The position numbers and the translations under genes were made by a program. The notes under the pieces were generated by a model. That model was not told the DNA's origin and did not search any database. It saw only the letters and a program-made list of their open reading frames with translations. Of a stretch of DNA of 42,319 nucleotides, positions 1 to 9,429 are shown piece after piece. Source of the DNA: Deltaproteobacteria bacterium (GTDB lineage: Bacteria; Myxococcota; Myxococcia; Myxococcales; 40CM-4-68-19); the NCBI GenBank assembly GCA_041499865.1, contig JBGQLA010000003.1:1-42319 (forward strand). The letters run 5' to 3'. Each line of letters begins with the position of its first letter. Position 1 is the first letter of the stretch.

Positions 1-903
1 CCCAAGGTCGATCTCCTGATGGTGATCGACAACAGCGGCTCCATGGCCGAGGAGCAGCGCGCGCTGGCGCAGAACCTCGATCGGCTGTGGAACCGCATCG
101 CCCTCGCCAACGCGGACTTCCACATCGCGATCACCACCACCGGGATGTACCCGTATACGTCGGGCTGGACGCAGTGCCCCGGCGGGGCCAGCGGGGGCGA
201 AGGCGGGCGCTTCTTCCCGGTGGACGGCTCGCGCCCACGGCTGCTGACGCCGCAGACGCCGGACGTGAAGAACGTGCTCTTCGCGAACACCAACGTGGGC
301 ACCTGCCACTACGACGAGCGGTTCCTCGACCCGGTGCTGGCGGCGCTCACCGATCCGCTGATCAGCTCGACGAAGGCGCCGGGCACGCCCTGGCCGAACG
401 ACGGGAACGCGGGCTTCCTGCGCGACGATGCCCGCCTGGCGCTGCTGGCCGTGAGCGACGCGGACGACGCGAACGACGTGGCGAACCCTGCGCCCGTCAG
501 CAGCTACGTGCAGCGGCTCGCGCAGGTGAAGAAGGGAGCGCTCGACCTCGTCTCCTTCGCCGGCATCGTCCCCCTGAGCGCGTGCCCGAGCACCGCGGAG
601 GGGGTCGGCACCCGCTACAAGGAGATCGCCAGGCAACTCGGCGGTCATCTCGAGGACATCTGCGACCTGAGCAATTTCGGCAGCCTGCTGGAGAGCTCGC
701 TGGGCGATCTGCTGCTGCCGCTCACCAGCTTCCCTCTCTCGGCGCATCCAAAAGACCCGACGGCGATGGTGGTGACGGTGAACGGGGCGACGGTGACCGA
801 CTGGAGCTACGACGCCGGCTCGAACCGCCTGGTGTTCCCGGCGAGCGCAGTTCCACCGCCGGGGTCCCACATCACGGCGCGCTATGAGCCGGTCTGCCTG
901 TAA
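1..903 (+). CDS. VWA (MIDAS) domain-containing extracellular protein, myxobacterial type; 5'-truncated by the window edge
   Basis: Frame 1 is open from base 1 (PKVDLLMVIDNSGSM, DxSxS MIDAS motif). Also has GFLRDDARLALLAVSDADD, Cys-rich segments and a C-terminal beta domain (WSYDAGSNRLVF...PPPGSHITARY) typical of myxobacterial VWA proteins. Confidence 0.8.
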   Translation, partial: PKVDLLMVIDNSGSMAEEQRALAQNLDRLWNRIALANADFHIAITTTGMYPYTSGWTQCPGGASGGEGGRFFPVDGSRPRLLTPQTPDVKNVLFANTNVGTCHYDERFLDPVLAALTDPLISSTKAPGTPWPNDGNAGFLRDDARLALLAVSDADDANDVANPAPVSSYVQRLAQVKKGALDLVSFAGIVPLSACPSTAEGVGTRYKEIARQLGGHLEDICDLSNFGSLLESSLGDLLLPLTSFPLSAHPKDPTAMVVTVNGATVTDWSYDAGSNRLVFPASAVPPPGSHITARYEPVCL

Positions 904-981
904 GGGGCCGTGCGATCGGATGGGCAGGGTCGTGAAATGCTTGCACCGCCCCGGCCTCAGGGGGATGATCAGCCGTCCGGC

Positions 982-2526
982 ATGGCGATCCCGAAATCCC
1001 CTCCAGATTCCGTCCAGGATGTCCTGCGGGATCCCGAAATCCAGCGGATTCTCGAGCGACCCGAGCACCAGGGGTTCGAGCTGCCGCACAGCCGGCAGAT
1101 CTATACCAACCGCGCCCTGCAGATGGATCAGATCGCAGTGGTCGGATTCGACATGGACTACACGCTCGCCGTGTACTCCATGCGGCAGATCGAGGAGCTG
1201 GCGTTCCACATGACCCTGGACCGCCTGGTGGCGGCCCGCGGGTACCCCGATTACCTGCGCAACCTCAAATACGATTACGAGTTCGTGATCCGCGGCCTGG
1301 TGGTCGACAAGGACCTCGGCAACATCTTCAAGATGGACCGGCACAACCACGTCGGCCGCTGCTACCACGGCCGGCGGCAGCTCTCGCTCGACGAGCGCCG
1401 GTCGCTGTACCAGACCAACGAGAAGATCCGCCTCAGCCTGCCGCGCTTCGCCTGGATCGACACGCTCTTCAGCCTGCCCGAGGCGTGCCTCTACGCCGAG
1501 ATCATCGAGGCGCAGGAGGCGCGCGGAGTGCGCGTCGACTACCACCAGCTCTACGACGAGACGCGAGAGAGCATCGACGAGGTGCACCGCGACGGCTCGC
1601 TGAAGTCCGAGCTGCGAAAGGATCTGGGCCGCTTCATCAAGCCCGACCCGGAGCTGGCCTCCGCGCTGCACAAGCTCCGATCCGGTGGCAAGAAGCTGTT
1701 CGTCCTCACCAATTCGCTGTGGGACTACACCGACGGGGTGATGAAGTTCCTGCTGGACGGGAAGCTGGCCGAATACCCGTCGTGGCGGAATTACTTCGAT
1801 TACGTGGTGGTGGGCGCGCAGAAGCCCGCCTTCTTCGCCGAGCACAAGCCGTTCATCGAGCTGAACCCGGACGGGACCGTGGCCCGGCCGCAGGTCGAGT
1901 CGCTGGAGCGCGGCAAGATCTACGAGGGCGGGAACCTCTTCGATTTCGAACGGATGACGGGGTTCGCCGGCGACCACGTGCTCTACGTCGGCGACCACAT
2001 CTACGGCGACATCATCCGCAACCGGAAGGCGTCGCAATGGCGCACCTGCTTCGTGGTGCAGGAGCTGGAGCAGGAGATCGAGTACATCGAGAGCCACGCC
2101 TCTGACGTGCAGCGCCTCAACGAGCTCGACGCGCTGCGCACCCGGCTCGACGACATGATCAACCACCACAAGCTCCTCCTCAACGCGCTGGACCGCCGGA
2201 TGGAGCGCGGCGGACCGCTGCCCTCGGACCTGGAGGCGCGCCGGCAGCGGGAGAAGCACGACCTGGAGAAGCTGCGCCGTGCGTTCAAGGCCACGCTCGC
2301 GGAAGGGGCGGAGCTGGAGGCACGGTTCGAGAAGGGCGCCAACGCCTACTGGGGCCTGGTGTTCAAGGAAGGCAACGAGAACTCGCGGTTCGGCGAGCAG
2401 GTGGAGGACTACGCCGACCTCTATACGTCCAGGGTCTCGAACTTCCTCTACTATTCTCCGATGCAGGTCTTCCGCTCGCCACGGGCGAGCATGCCACACG
2501 AGCGCACGACGCTGCGCCGCGGTTGA
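982..2526 (+). CDS. HAD-IG family 5'-nucleotidase (cN-II/NT5C2-like)
   Basis: HAD motifs GFDMDYTLA, LFVLTNS, QKP and YVGDHIYGDI; C-terminal YADLYTSRVSN. Start is uncertain (ORF open from 910; ATG 982 chosen). Confidence 0.92.
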   Translation: MAIPKSPPDSVQDVLRDPEIQRILERPEHQGFELPHSRQIYTNRALQMDQIAVVGFDMDYTLAVYSMRQIEELAFHMTLDRLVAARGYPDYLRNLKYDYEFVIRGLVVDKDLGNIFKMDRHNHVGRCYHGRRQLSLDERRSLYQTNEKIRLSLPRFAWIDTLFSLPEACLYAEIIEAQEARGVRVDYHQLYDETRESIDEVHRDGSLKSELRKDLGRFIKPDPELASALHKLRSGGKKLFVLTNSLWDYTDGVMKFLLDGKLAEYPSWRNYFDYVVVGAQKPAFFAEHKPFIELNPDGTVARPQVESLERGKIYEGGNLFDFERMTGFAGDHVLYVGDHIYGDIIRNRKASQWRTCFVVQELEQEIEYIESHASDVQRLNELDALRTRLDDMINHHKLLLNALDRRMERGGPLPSDLEARRQREKHDLEKLRRAFKATLAEGAELEARFEKGANAYWGLVFKEGNENSRFGEQVEDYADLYTSRVSNFLYYSPMQVFRSPRASMPHERTTLRRG

Positions 2527-2581
2527 ATAGGGTACAGGTAAGAGGCGTCGCACATGGCGCCGCGTCCGCTCCGAGGCCACC

Positions 2582-5500
2582 ATGCGCGGGATGATCCTCC
2601 GCCCCCTGCTTCTTGCATTCCTCGCCACCCCTGCGTTCGCGCTCGGGCTCGCCCCCGCGCGGTTGCAGCCGGGGCCCACCCTCCAGCTGCCGTGGGCCGA
2701 GCACGGCCGCCTCGCGCAGGTGACCGGGCGCGCGCCGCTGGGCTATACGCAGGAGGCGTACGTGATCCCGCAGCGGCCGGGAAAGAACCTGGTCCGCTAT
2801 TTCGATTACCACTGGCGCGACTTCGATTTCCTCGACGACGACGGCTCCGCCGGGCTGCGCCTCTACTTCTACGATCGCGAGTACCCGGTGGCCCGGATCG
2901 CGGCAGGCCTGATCCGCGAGAGCTGGCGCTACCTGAGCGATCGCTTCCAGTACAAGCCGTCGTTCAAGGTCCCCTACATCCTCTACAACACGTACCGCGA
3001 GTTCCTCGAGACCAACGTGTTCGCGGTGCAGGAGGGCGTGCTCGGCGTCACCAGCCCGCAGGACCTGCGCATGTCGTTGCCGTACGCCGGCGAGCGCGAG
3101 TTCTTCAAGCTGGTCTCCACGCACGAGATGACGCACCAGTTCCAGATCCAGAAGGTGGCGGAGCGCGCGGCCAGCGCGGGCCTGGAAAGCCCGATCGGCA
3201 ACATGCCCCTCTGGTTCATCGAAGGGCTCGCCGAGTACTACGCGCACAACCAGCAGATGGACAGCGAGACGGAGATGTTCCTCCGCGACATCGTGTTGAA
3301 TCCGCTGGGCGAGCTGGGCTACGACTTTCCCCGCCTCGACGAGGACCGGCCGTACTCGTATCTCTACACGTACAAGTACGGCCAGGCGAAGCTGGTGTTC
3401 CTCAGCGAGGTGTACGGCGAGCGCGTGATCCAGGGCGTGCTCGACCAGAGCCCGCGCCTGGTGGGCGGCGGCCGCGGCCGCGGCGAGCCGAAGGAAAACT
3501 TCATGCAGCTCCTCGGGCACGTGGCCGGGGACACGCCGGCGCAGATGAACGCGCGCTGGTCCACCTGGGCGCGCAAGCGCGTGATGCGCACGTACCTGGA
3601 CGCGAAGCAGGACCTGCCGGACATGACCGAGCTCAAGCTCTCCGACGAGCTGGACGCGTTTACCAGCTCGAAGGACGGCAACCTGCTCTTCTACCGCGGG
3701 GTCGAGCGCGAGACCGCGCGCGCCAAGCTGGTGGTGATGGACCGGCGCGATCCTTCCTCCGCGAAGCAGATCGCCATCGACCAGAACCCCGGCACCGAGA
3801 GCCTGCATCCGGTGCTCCGATCGGTGATGGCGGTGAGCGACGACGCCATCGCCTGGTTCGCGCAGTCCGGAGACTCCGACGTCCTGCACGTGCGGCCGCT
3901 GAAGCGGAAGGAGCGCGGCGCCGCCAACACCACCCGGGTCAGGGTCGACCTCGACCTGGGACCCACGCGCGTGATCCGGGTGATCCGCGACGGGGTGATC
4001 GAGGCGGGAGACCCGACCTTCAGTCCCGACGGGACCCGGCTGGCGTTCTACGGCCTCGATCGCGACGGCAAGATCGACATCTACACGCTCAGCCTGGCGG
4101 AGAAGGACCCGCACGTCCGCCGGCTCACCGAGGACCTCTACAGCGAGCGGGACCTCTCCTGGGGCGAGGACGGGATCATCTACGCCAGCGATGCCACGGA
4201 GAGCGGGCGCTACAACCTCTTCCGCATCGATCCGGAGGACGGCACCCGCACCCGCCTCACCGACGCGCCCGTCGACCAGCGCTATCCGGTGACGCTCTCC
4301 GGCTCCGCGGTGGTGTTCACCAGCGACGCGGGCGGAAAGAACGATCTCTGGTTCCTGCAGAACGGCAGGATCAAGCGCATCACCGATTTCGCCACCGCGC
4401 TCGCGCACCCGGGTCTCGCGCCCAACGGGCTCTACGGCGTGGCCTTCTACGGCGCCCGCTTCCGCCTCTTCGAGGTGCAGACGTCTGCGATGCTCAGCCT
4501 GGACGAGCAGGACGCGATTCCGCCCAGCTACCTGGCGACGATCGACAAGCCGCAGCCGTTCGCGGACGAGCCCATTCCGCAGAACGCGCCCACCTACGAT
4601 CCCTATGCCGTGGGCAAGAACTGGAAGGTCGAGGGAGGCGGCGCGGCCATCGGCGGAGCGGGAGTCGGATTCGCTCCGGTGGGATCGGGAGGCGTGCTGT
4701 TCGCCGACATCATGCGGGACCGCAGCGCGCTCATCAACCTGGCCATCTACGGCTCGTTCGATCTCACCGATGCGCTCGCCTTCTACGTCGACAAATCGGA
4801 GCGGCTGATCTGGGGCGTGGGCGCGTTTCATACCTTCCAGCAAGGCCGCGACACGCAGTTCGCCAGCGCCAAGCAATGCTACGCCCCGCTCACGGTGCAG
4901 AACCAGGCCGCAGCCTGCGAGATCCTCTACCTCTCCCGCGAGTTCGGGGTGGAGGGCCTGCTCTCGTATCCTCTCTCCACCTTCAGCCGCGTGGACGCGA
5001 GCGCCCGGATCATGGGCGTGACCCGCAGCTTCTTCGACAACTTCGCGTACGACCGCTTCGGCACGCCGTACGCCAACGTCCCCGCCGCCGATCTGAACGA
5101 GATCCGCGGCTTCGACCCGCAGAGCGAGGTGAGCCTCGCCTACGGCTGGGACACCACCCGCTTCGGGCCCGGCGGAGCGATGGGAGGGAGATCGCTGCTC
5201 GTGCAGTTCGGCGCCGGCACCATTCCCACCCGCGGCGCGGAGGGGCTCTACACGTACCTGCAGGGCGACGCGATCCAGACCTTCCGGATCGTCGGCCGCA
5301 GCAAGCTCAACCTCCGCGTCGCCAGCGGCGCGGCGCAGGGCAGCCGATTCGGGCGGCGCTTCTACCTCTCGAGCTTCGACAACCTCCGCGGGTTCCGCTG
5401 GGGCGACGCGCGGCTGCTGGGCGACGGCTATTACGTGGGCCAGGCGGAGCTGAACTTCCCGCTCGACATCCTGATCCGCTTTGCCTTCTTCAGCGGCATC

Positions 5501-5776
5501 ACCGGGGTGGTCGGGTTCGACTTCGGCGGAGTGGTCGATTCGAACCGCGCGGTGCTGAACCATGCAGGGCGCGGATACACCAAGCTCCGCGCCACGCTCG
5601 ACGAGGCCTGGGCGAACCGCACCGCGGACTACGTGCTCGGCGTGAACCTGGGGCTGGGGCCGTTCGAGCTGCGGGTGCAGTTCGCCCGCAACCTCGACAT
5701 CGGCGGGATCGTGCCGACGGACAGCGGACGCCCGCAGTGGGTTCCGAACATCTCGCTGCACTACATGTATTTCTAG
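2582..5776 (+). CDS. Secreted multidomain protein: peptidase MA-like (HExxH) + TolB/PD40 propeller + Omp85/BamA-type C-terminal beta-barrel
   Basis: Signal peptide; THEMTHQ and PLWFIEGLAEY zincin motifs; PTFSPDG PD40 repeat; NLRGF (Omp85 VRGY-like); terminal aromatic strand ending in F. Confidence 0.85.
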   Translation: MRGMILRPLLLAFLATPAFALGLAPARLQPGPTLQLPWAEHGRLAQVTGRAPLGYTQEAYVIPQRPGKNLVRYFDYHWRDFDFLDDDGSAGLRLYFYDREYPVARIAAGLIRESWRYLSDRFQYKPSFKVPYILYNTYREFLETNVFAVQEGVLGVTSPQDLRMSLPYAGEREFFKLVSTHEMTHQFQIQKVAERAASAGLESPIGNMPLWFIEGLAEYYAHNQQMDSETEMFLRDIVLNPLGELGYDFPRLDEDRPYSYLYTYKYGQAKLVFLSEVYGERVIQGVLDQSPRLVGGGRGRGEPKENFMQLLGHVAGDTPAQMNARWSTWARKRVMRTYLDAKQDLPDMTELKLSDELDAFTSSKDGNLLFYRGVERETARAKLVVMDRRDPSSAKQIAIDQNPGTESLHPVLRSVMAVSDDAIAWFAQSGDSDVLHVRPLKRKERGAANTTRVRVDLDLGPTRVIRVIRDGVIEAGDPTFSPDGTRLAFYGLDRDGKIDIYTLSLAEKDPHVRRLTEDLYSERDLSWGEDGIIYASDATESGRYNLFRIDPEDGTRTRLTDAPVDQRYPVTLSGSAVVFTSDAGGKNDLWFLQNGRIKRITDFATALAHPGLAPNGLYGVAFYGARFRLFEVQTSAMLSLDEQDAIPPSYLATIDKPQPFADEPIPQNAPTYDPYAVGKNWKVEGGGAAIGGAGVGFAPVGSGGVLFADIMRDRSALINLAIYGSFDLTDALAFYVDKSERLIWGVGAFHTFQQGRDTQFASAKQCYAPLTVQNQAAACEILYLSREFGVEGLLSYPLSTFSRVDASARIMGVTRSFFDNFAYDRFGTPYANVPAADLNEIRGFDPQSEVSLAYGWDTTRFGPGGAMGGRSLLVQFGAGTIPTRGAEGLYTYLQGDAIQTFRIVGRSKLNLRVASGAAQGSRFGRRFYLSSFDNLRGFRWGDARLLGDGYYVGQAELNFPLDILIRFAFFSGITGVVGFDFGGVVDSNRAVLNHAGRGYTKLRATLDEAWANRTADYVLGVNLGLGPFELRVQFARNLDIGGIVPTDSGRPQWVPNISLHYMYF

Positions 5777-5958
5777 CGGCGGGCCGCGATCAGGACGGGC
5801 ACGCCGGCGGCGAGGGTCCCGGCGAGCATTCCGAGGACGCCGGCGACGCCTGCGATGGTGCATTCCAAGGAGCCCAGCTTGCAGTGCAACCCCGACCCGG
5901 CCCACGCCAGCGCCGGCAACGCCAGCGCGGCGATGAACGCGAGAAGCGTCCTTTTCAT
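5773..5958 (-). CDS. Small (61 aa) exported/membrane peptide, hypothetical
   Basis: Strong RBS (AAGGAGG) upstream of ATG; signal peptide ending AWA; Cys pair; Gly-rich hydrophobic C-terminal helix ending RR; stop overlaps the stop of the convergent gene. Confidence 0.6.
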   Translation of the reverse strand: MKRTLLAFIAALALPALAWAGSGLHCKLGSLECTIAGVAGVLGMLAGTLAAGVPVLIAARR

Positions 5959-6142
5959 GTCGCCTCCTTGAAAGCGGCCGCGCCCTGCGCACGGCCTTCA
6001 ACTCCTCTAGGCGCGAACCCCCGCTCGCGTGACCGGCAGGCGGGGCAGACGCCGGACCTTGACACGCATCCGGCCAACCGATGATGGTTCGCGGTACGAC
6101 CGCAACCCCGCACGTGCGCGGAGCAGGGTTTCCAGAGAGCCG

Positions 6143-6643
6143 ATGCCAGACCCTCGTCGCACATGCGCCTGCGGCGCCGCCCTCCTCCTGGTGCTCGGCT
6201 CCGCAGGCGCGCGCGCCGAGCCCGTCACCTCCCTCTCCATCTCTACCGGTCAGTACGGGATGCGCAGGGAAGTGCCGCACGCTCTCGGGATCGAGCTGCA
6301 GATCCGCACGCCCTGGCGCTGGAGCCTGTTCCGGCCCGTCGCCGGCCTCCTCACCAGCTCCGCCGGCGGGGCGTACGTGTATTCGGGATTCGTGGCCGAG
6401 CTCGAGCTGCCGCTGGGGCTGCAGCTCAGCCCGGGCTTTGCGCCGGGCATCGCGCTCGTCGGGACCGAGCGTGACCTGGGCCACCCGATCGAATTCCGCT
6501 CTTCGCTGGAGCTCTCCATCGCCGCCGGCGACCGGCTGCGGATCGGGCTCGGGTTCAGCCACATCTCCAACGCCCGGCTCGGCGACCGCAACCCCGGCGT
6601 CGAGGTGCTGGTGCTCGGCATCGCATATCCTGCGAAGAACTGA
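6143..6643 (+). CDS. pagL: Lipid A 3-O-deacylase / acyloxyacyl hydrolase (PagL family)
   Basis: Signal peptide; DLGHPIEFRSSLEL; catalytic H-x-S-N motif FSHISNARLGDRNPG. Confidence 0.85.
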   Translation: MPDPRRTCACGAALLLVLGSAGARAEPVTSLSISTGQYGMRREVPHALGIELQIRTPWRWSLFRPVAGLLTSSAGGAYVYSGFVAELELPLGLQLSPGFAPGIALVGTERDLGHPIEFRSSLELSIAAGDRLRIGLGFSHISNARLGDRNPGVEVLVLGIAYPAKN

Positions 6644-6665
6644 AGCCGGAGCTTCGGCGGAGACC

Positions 6666-7241
6666 ATGAGCAAGGCGCGCCTGGAGGCTTTCAGCGACGG
6701 AGTGATCGCCATCCTCATCACCATCCTCGTGCTCGAGCTGAAGATCCCGCACGGGGACGACCTGCACGCCCTCGCCCCGCTCCTGCCGGTCTTCCTCACC
6801 TACGTCCTCAGCTTCGTGTACCTCGGCATCTACTGGAACAACCACCACCACATGCTGCACGCGACCACCCGGATCAACGGAAAGATCCTCTGGGCGAACC
6901 TGCACCTGCTCTTCTGGCTGTCGCTGGTGCCGTTCACCACCGGGTGGATGGGAGAGAACCACTTCGCCTCGCTCCCGACCGCGGTCTACGGGGCCGTGCT
7001 CCTGGCGGCGGCGGTCGCGTATTACCTGCTCCAGTGCGCGATCGTCGCCGAGCAGGGGCCGGACTCGAAGCTTGCGGCCGCGCTTGGGCGGGACGTGAAG
7101 GGGAAGATCTCCCCGATCCTCTACGCCATAGCGATCCCGCTCGCGTTCCTGCACGAGTGGATCGCGGACGCCCTCTACGTGATCGTCGCGCTGATCTGGC
7201 TCATCCCCGACCGCCGCATCGAGTCGCGGTTCCACGACTGA
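6666..7241 (+). CDS. TMEM175 family potassium channel protein
   Basis: RLEAFSDGVIAILITILVLEL signature; YWNNHHH; six TM segments. Real start is ATG 6666 inside the longer predicted ORF. Confidence 0.92.
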   Translation: MSKARLEAFSDGVIAILITILVLELKIPHGDDLHALAPLLPVFLTYVLSFVYLGIYWNNHHHMLHATTRINGKILWANLHLLFWLSLVPFTTGWMGENHFASLPTAVYGAVLLAAAVAYYLLQCAIVAEQGPDSKLAAALGRDVKGKISPILYAIAIPLAFLHEWIADALYVIVALIWLIPDRRIESRFHD

Positions 7242-7242
7242 G

Positions 7243-8442
7243 ATGGAGCGCATCGTCATCGCCGGCGCCGGCGTGTTCGGGGTGACGGCGGCCATCGAGC
7301 TGCGAAGGCGTGGCCACGCGGTCCGGCTCGTCGATCCGGGGCCGCTTCCTCATCCTCTCGCGGCGTCCACGGACATCAGCAAGGTGGTCCGGCTGGAGTA
7401 CGGCGCCGACGAGCCCTACACGGCGCTGGCGGAGAGCGCCATCGAGGGCTGGCGCCAATGGAACCGGGACTTCGGCGAAGCGCTGTACCACCAGACTGGC
7501 CTCCTCTTCCTCCGGCAGGGTCCGCTCTCGGCGGGAACCATCGAGCAGGACAGCTTCGAGGTGCTCACGCGGCGCGGCCATCCGGTGGAGCAGGTGGATG
7601 CCGCGGCGGTGCGGGCGCGCTTTCCGGCCTGGGACGCCGCACGCTATCCGCACGGCATCCATGATCCGGAGGGCGGCTTCGTCGAGAGCGGAAGAGCGAT
7701 TGCGCGCCTCGTCGCGCACGCCCGCGAAGCCGGGGTCGAGCTCTCCGAGGGCACCGCTTTCGGCCGCCTGTTGCACGAGCGATCCGCGACGGCCGATGCG
7801 CCGGGCCGCGTCGTCGGGATCGTCTCTTCCACCGGCGAGCGCATCGAGGCCGGCATGGTGGTGCTGGCGCTCGGCGCCTGGACCCCGCATGCGCTTCCCT
7901 GGATGGCGCCGGAGCTCCGATCGACCGGACATCCGGTGTTCCATCTCGCTCCGCCGGATCCGTCGCTGTTCCGTGCGGAGCGCTTTCCTGTGTTCTGCGC
8001 GGATATCCAGACCACCGGGTACTACGGCTTTCCCGCTCATCCGGCGACCGGCGTGGTGAAGATCGGGCGGCACGGACCCGGCCGGGCGTTGCACCCGGAG
8101 TCCGCGGAGAGGGCGGTGACCGCGGCGGAGATCGAGGATCTGCGCGCCTTCCTCGCGGCGACCTTTCCGCTTCTGCGGGACGCGCCGATCTCCTTCACGC
8201 GAATCTGCCTCTACTGCGACTCCCGGGACGGGCACTTCTGGATCGCGCACGATCCGGATCGGCCCGGGCTCGTGCTGGCGACGGGCGACAGCGGACATGC
8301 TTTCAAGTTCGCGCCCGTGCTCGGTCCGCTCGTCGCGGACGTCGTGGAGGGGAAAAGCCATCCACTGCGAGACAGGTTCCGCTGGCGCCCGGGACTGCGT
8401 CCGGCACGGTCCGAGGAGGAGGCGCGGTTTCAGGGCTCCTGA
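7243..8442 (+). CDS. FAD-dependent amine oxidoreductase (sarcosine oxidase/fructosyl-amine oxidase-like, DAO family)
   Basis: GAGVFG Rossmann motif; ASTDISKVVR; CLYCDS (covalent-FAD Cys region); GDSGHAFKFAP. Confidence 0.9.
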   Translation: MERIVIAGAGVFGVTAAIELRRRGHAVRLVDPGPLPHPLAASTDISKVVRLEYGADEPYTALAESAIEGWRQWNRDFGEALYHQTGLLFLRQGPLSAGTIEQDSFEVLTRRGHPVEQVDAAAVRARFPAWDAARYPHGIHDPEGGFVESGRAIARLVAHAREAGVELSEGTAFGRLLHERSATADAPGRVVGIVSSTGERIEAGMVVLALGAWTPHALPWMAPELRSTGHPVFHLAPPDPSLFRAERFPVFCADIQTTGYYGFPAHPATGVVKIGRHGPGRALHPESAERAVTAAEIEDLRAFLAATFPLLRDAPISFTRICLYCDSRDGHFWIAHDPDRPGLVLATGDSGHAFKFAPVLGPLVADVVEGKSHPLRDRFRWRPGLRPARSEEEARFQGS

Positions 8443-8468
8443 CGCGGGGCGATGCTGCGTCCCGCGTC
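8441..8468 (+). terminator. GC-rich hairpin after the oxidoreductase gene (possible terminator/processing stem)
   Basis: GACGCGGGGCG-ATGCTG-CGTCCCGCGTC forms an 11-bp stem with one G-U pair; there is no U-tract. Confidence 0.35.
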
Positions 8469-8515
8469 GTGCTGGCGTAGACTCCTTCCTTCGATCCTTG
8501 GCCTCGAGGGAGAAC

Positions 8516-8716
8516 ATGCACTTTCGAAAGCTCTTCCAGCTTCTGGTCGTAGGCGGCGCGGTCCTGGGCGCGAATTCGGGTTGTTCGAGCCCTGCGCTCG
8601 CGCAGCAGACGAAGGACAAGAAGAGCGACGCCGGCGAGAGCGCGTCGGGCGCCGCGCAGGGCAGCGACGCCGGAGCGGCGGACGCAGGCAGCGGCGGCGG
8701 AGTCCAAGGCTGGTGA
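8516..8716 (+). CDS. 66-aa peptide/lipopeptide ending GGGVQGW; candidate precursor/substrate of the adjacent diiron enzyme
   Basis: RBS GAGGGAG 5' of ATG 8516; hydrophobic N-region then NSGC (Cys23); low-complexity DAG-repeat linker; C-terminal Trp; its TGA overlaps the GTG of the next gene. Confidence 0.75.
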   Translation: MHFRKLFQLLVVGGAVLGANSGCSSPALAQQTKDKKSDAGESASGAAQGSDAGAADAGSGGGVQGW

Positions 8717-9417
8717 ACGAAGCGCTTCGGCGCAAGGCCGGAGAGGCCTGGGCGTTCCGTACCCGGGTCGAGCGCGACGCGGCCCGGAGGTTCGCGCGGC
8801 TTTCGGGGGTCATCTCCGCGTTCGACCCGGACTCGCCTGTCCCCGACTTGCTCCGACACGCGTCCGCCGACGAGGAGAGGCACGCGGCGCTCTGCGCCGG
8901 CCTCACCGTCGCGTACGGGGAACCGGTGCCCGAGACGCCGCCGGAAGCCGCGATCGCGCCCGCAAGCCTCGACCCGCGCGCCGCCGCCCTCTACGAGATG
9001 GTCGCGGCGTGCTGCATCACCGAGTCGGAGAGCGTGGCGACCTTGACCACCCTGCTCTCGGAGGAAGTGGAGTCGCGCGTGGAGAGCGTCCTTCGCGAGA
9101 TCGCCAGGGACGAGGTGGCGCACGGGCGCATGGGCTGGGCGCACCTGGCGCGAGAGGTCGCGCTGCACGACGTCTCGTTTCTCGCGCCACTCATCCCCGC
9201 GATGCTCTCGGGAACGGTGGATGACGGCCTGTTCGCCGCCGCCGGGTCGGACTGCGAGGGCCCCGATCTCCTGCGCCACGGGGTCCTGCCGCACTCGACC
9301 AAGCGGGAGATCTTCGTCGGCACGCTCGAAGAGGTGGTCTTCCCGGGGCTGGAGAAGTTCGGGATCGATCCCCGCCCCGCCCGATCCTGGCTCACCGCGC
9401 GCCAGCGGTCGTGGTAG
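8713..9417 (+). CDS. Ferritin-like diiron domain protein (234 aa)
   Basis: Two E...DExxH units (E20...D53-E54-x-x-H57; E104...D133-E134-x-x-H137) typical of carboxylate-bridged diiron four-helix bundles; GTGA overlap with the upstream peptide. Confidence 0.85.
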   Translation: MNEALRRKAGEAWAFRTRVERDAARRFARLSGVISAFDPDSPVPDLLRHASADEERHAALCAGLTVAYGEPVPETPPEAAIAPASLDPRAAALYEMVAACCITESESVATLTTLLSEEVESRVESVLREIARDEVAHGRMGWAHLAREVALHDVSFLAPLIPAMLSGTVDDGLFAAAGSDCEGPDLLRHGVLPHSTKREIFVGTLEEVVFPGLEKFGIDPRPARSWLTARQRSW

Positions 9418-9429
9418 AGAGCGCAGCCC

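Noticed and set aside
6081-6665. Apparent N-terminal extension of TMEM175
   Set aside because: Alternative frame over pagL; the TMEM175 family start is at 6666.
2363-6799. 1478-aa minus-strand ORF
   Set aside because: Antisense shadow of well-supported plus-strand genes in high-GC DNA; no motifs.
8714-8716. UGA of the Trp-terminal peptide as a Sec codon
   Set aside because: It overlaps the GTG start of the next gene (ordinary translational coupling), and I see no convincing SECIS or Cys-homolog argument.
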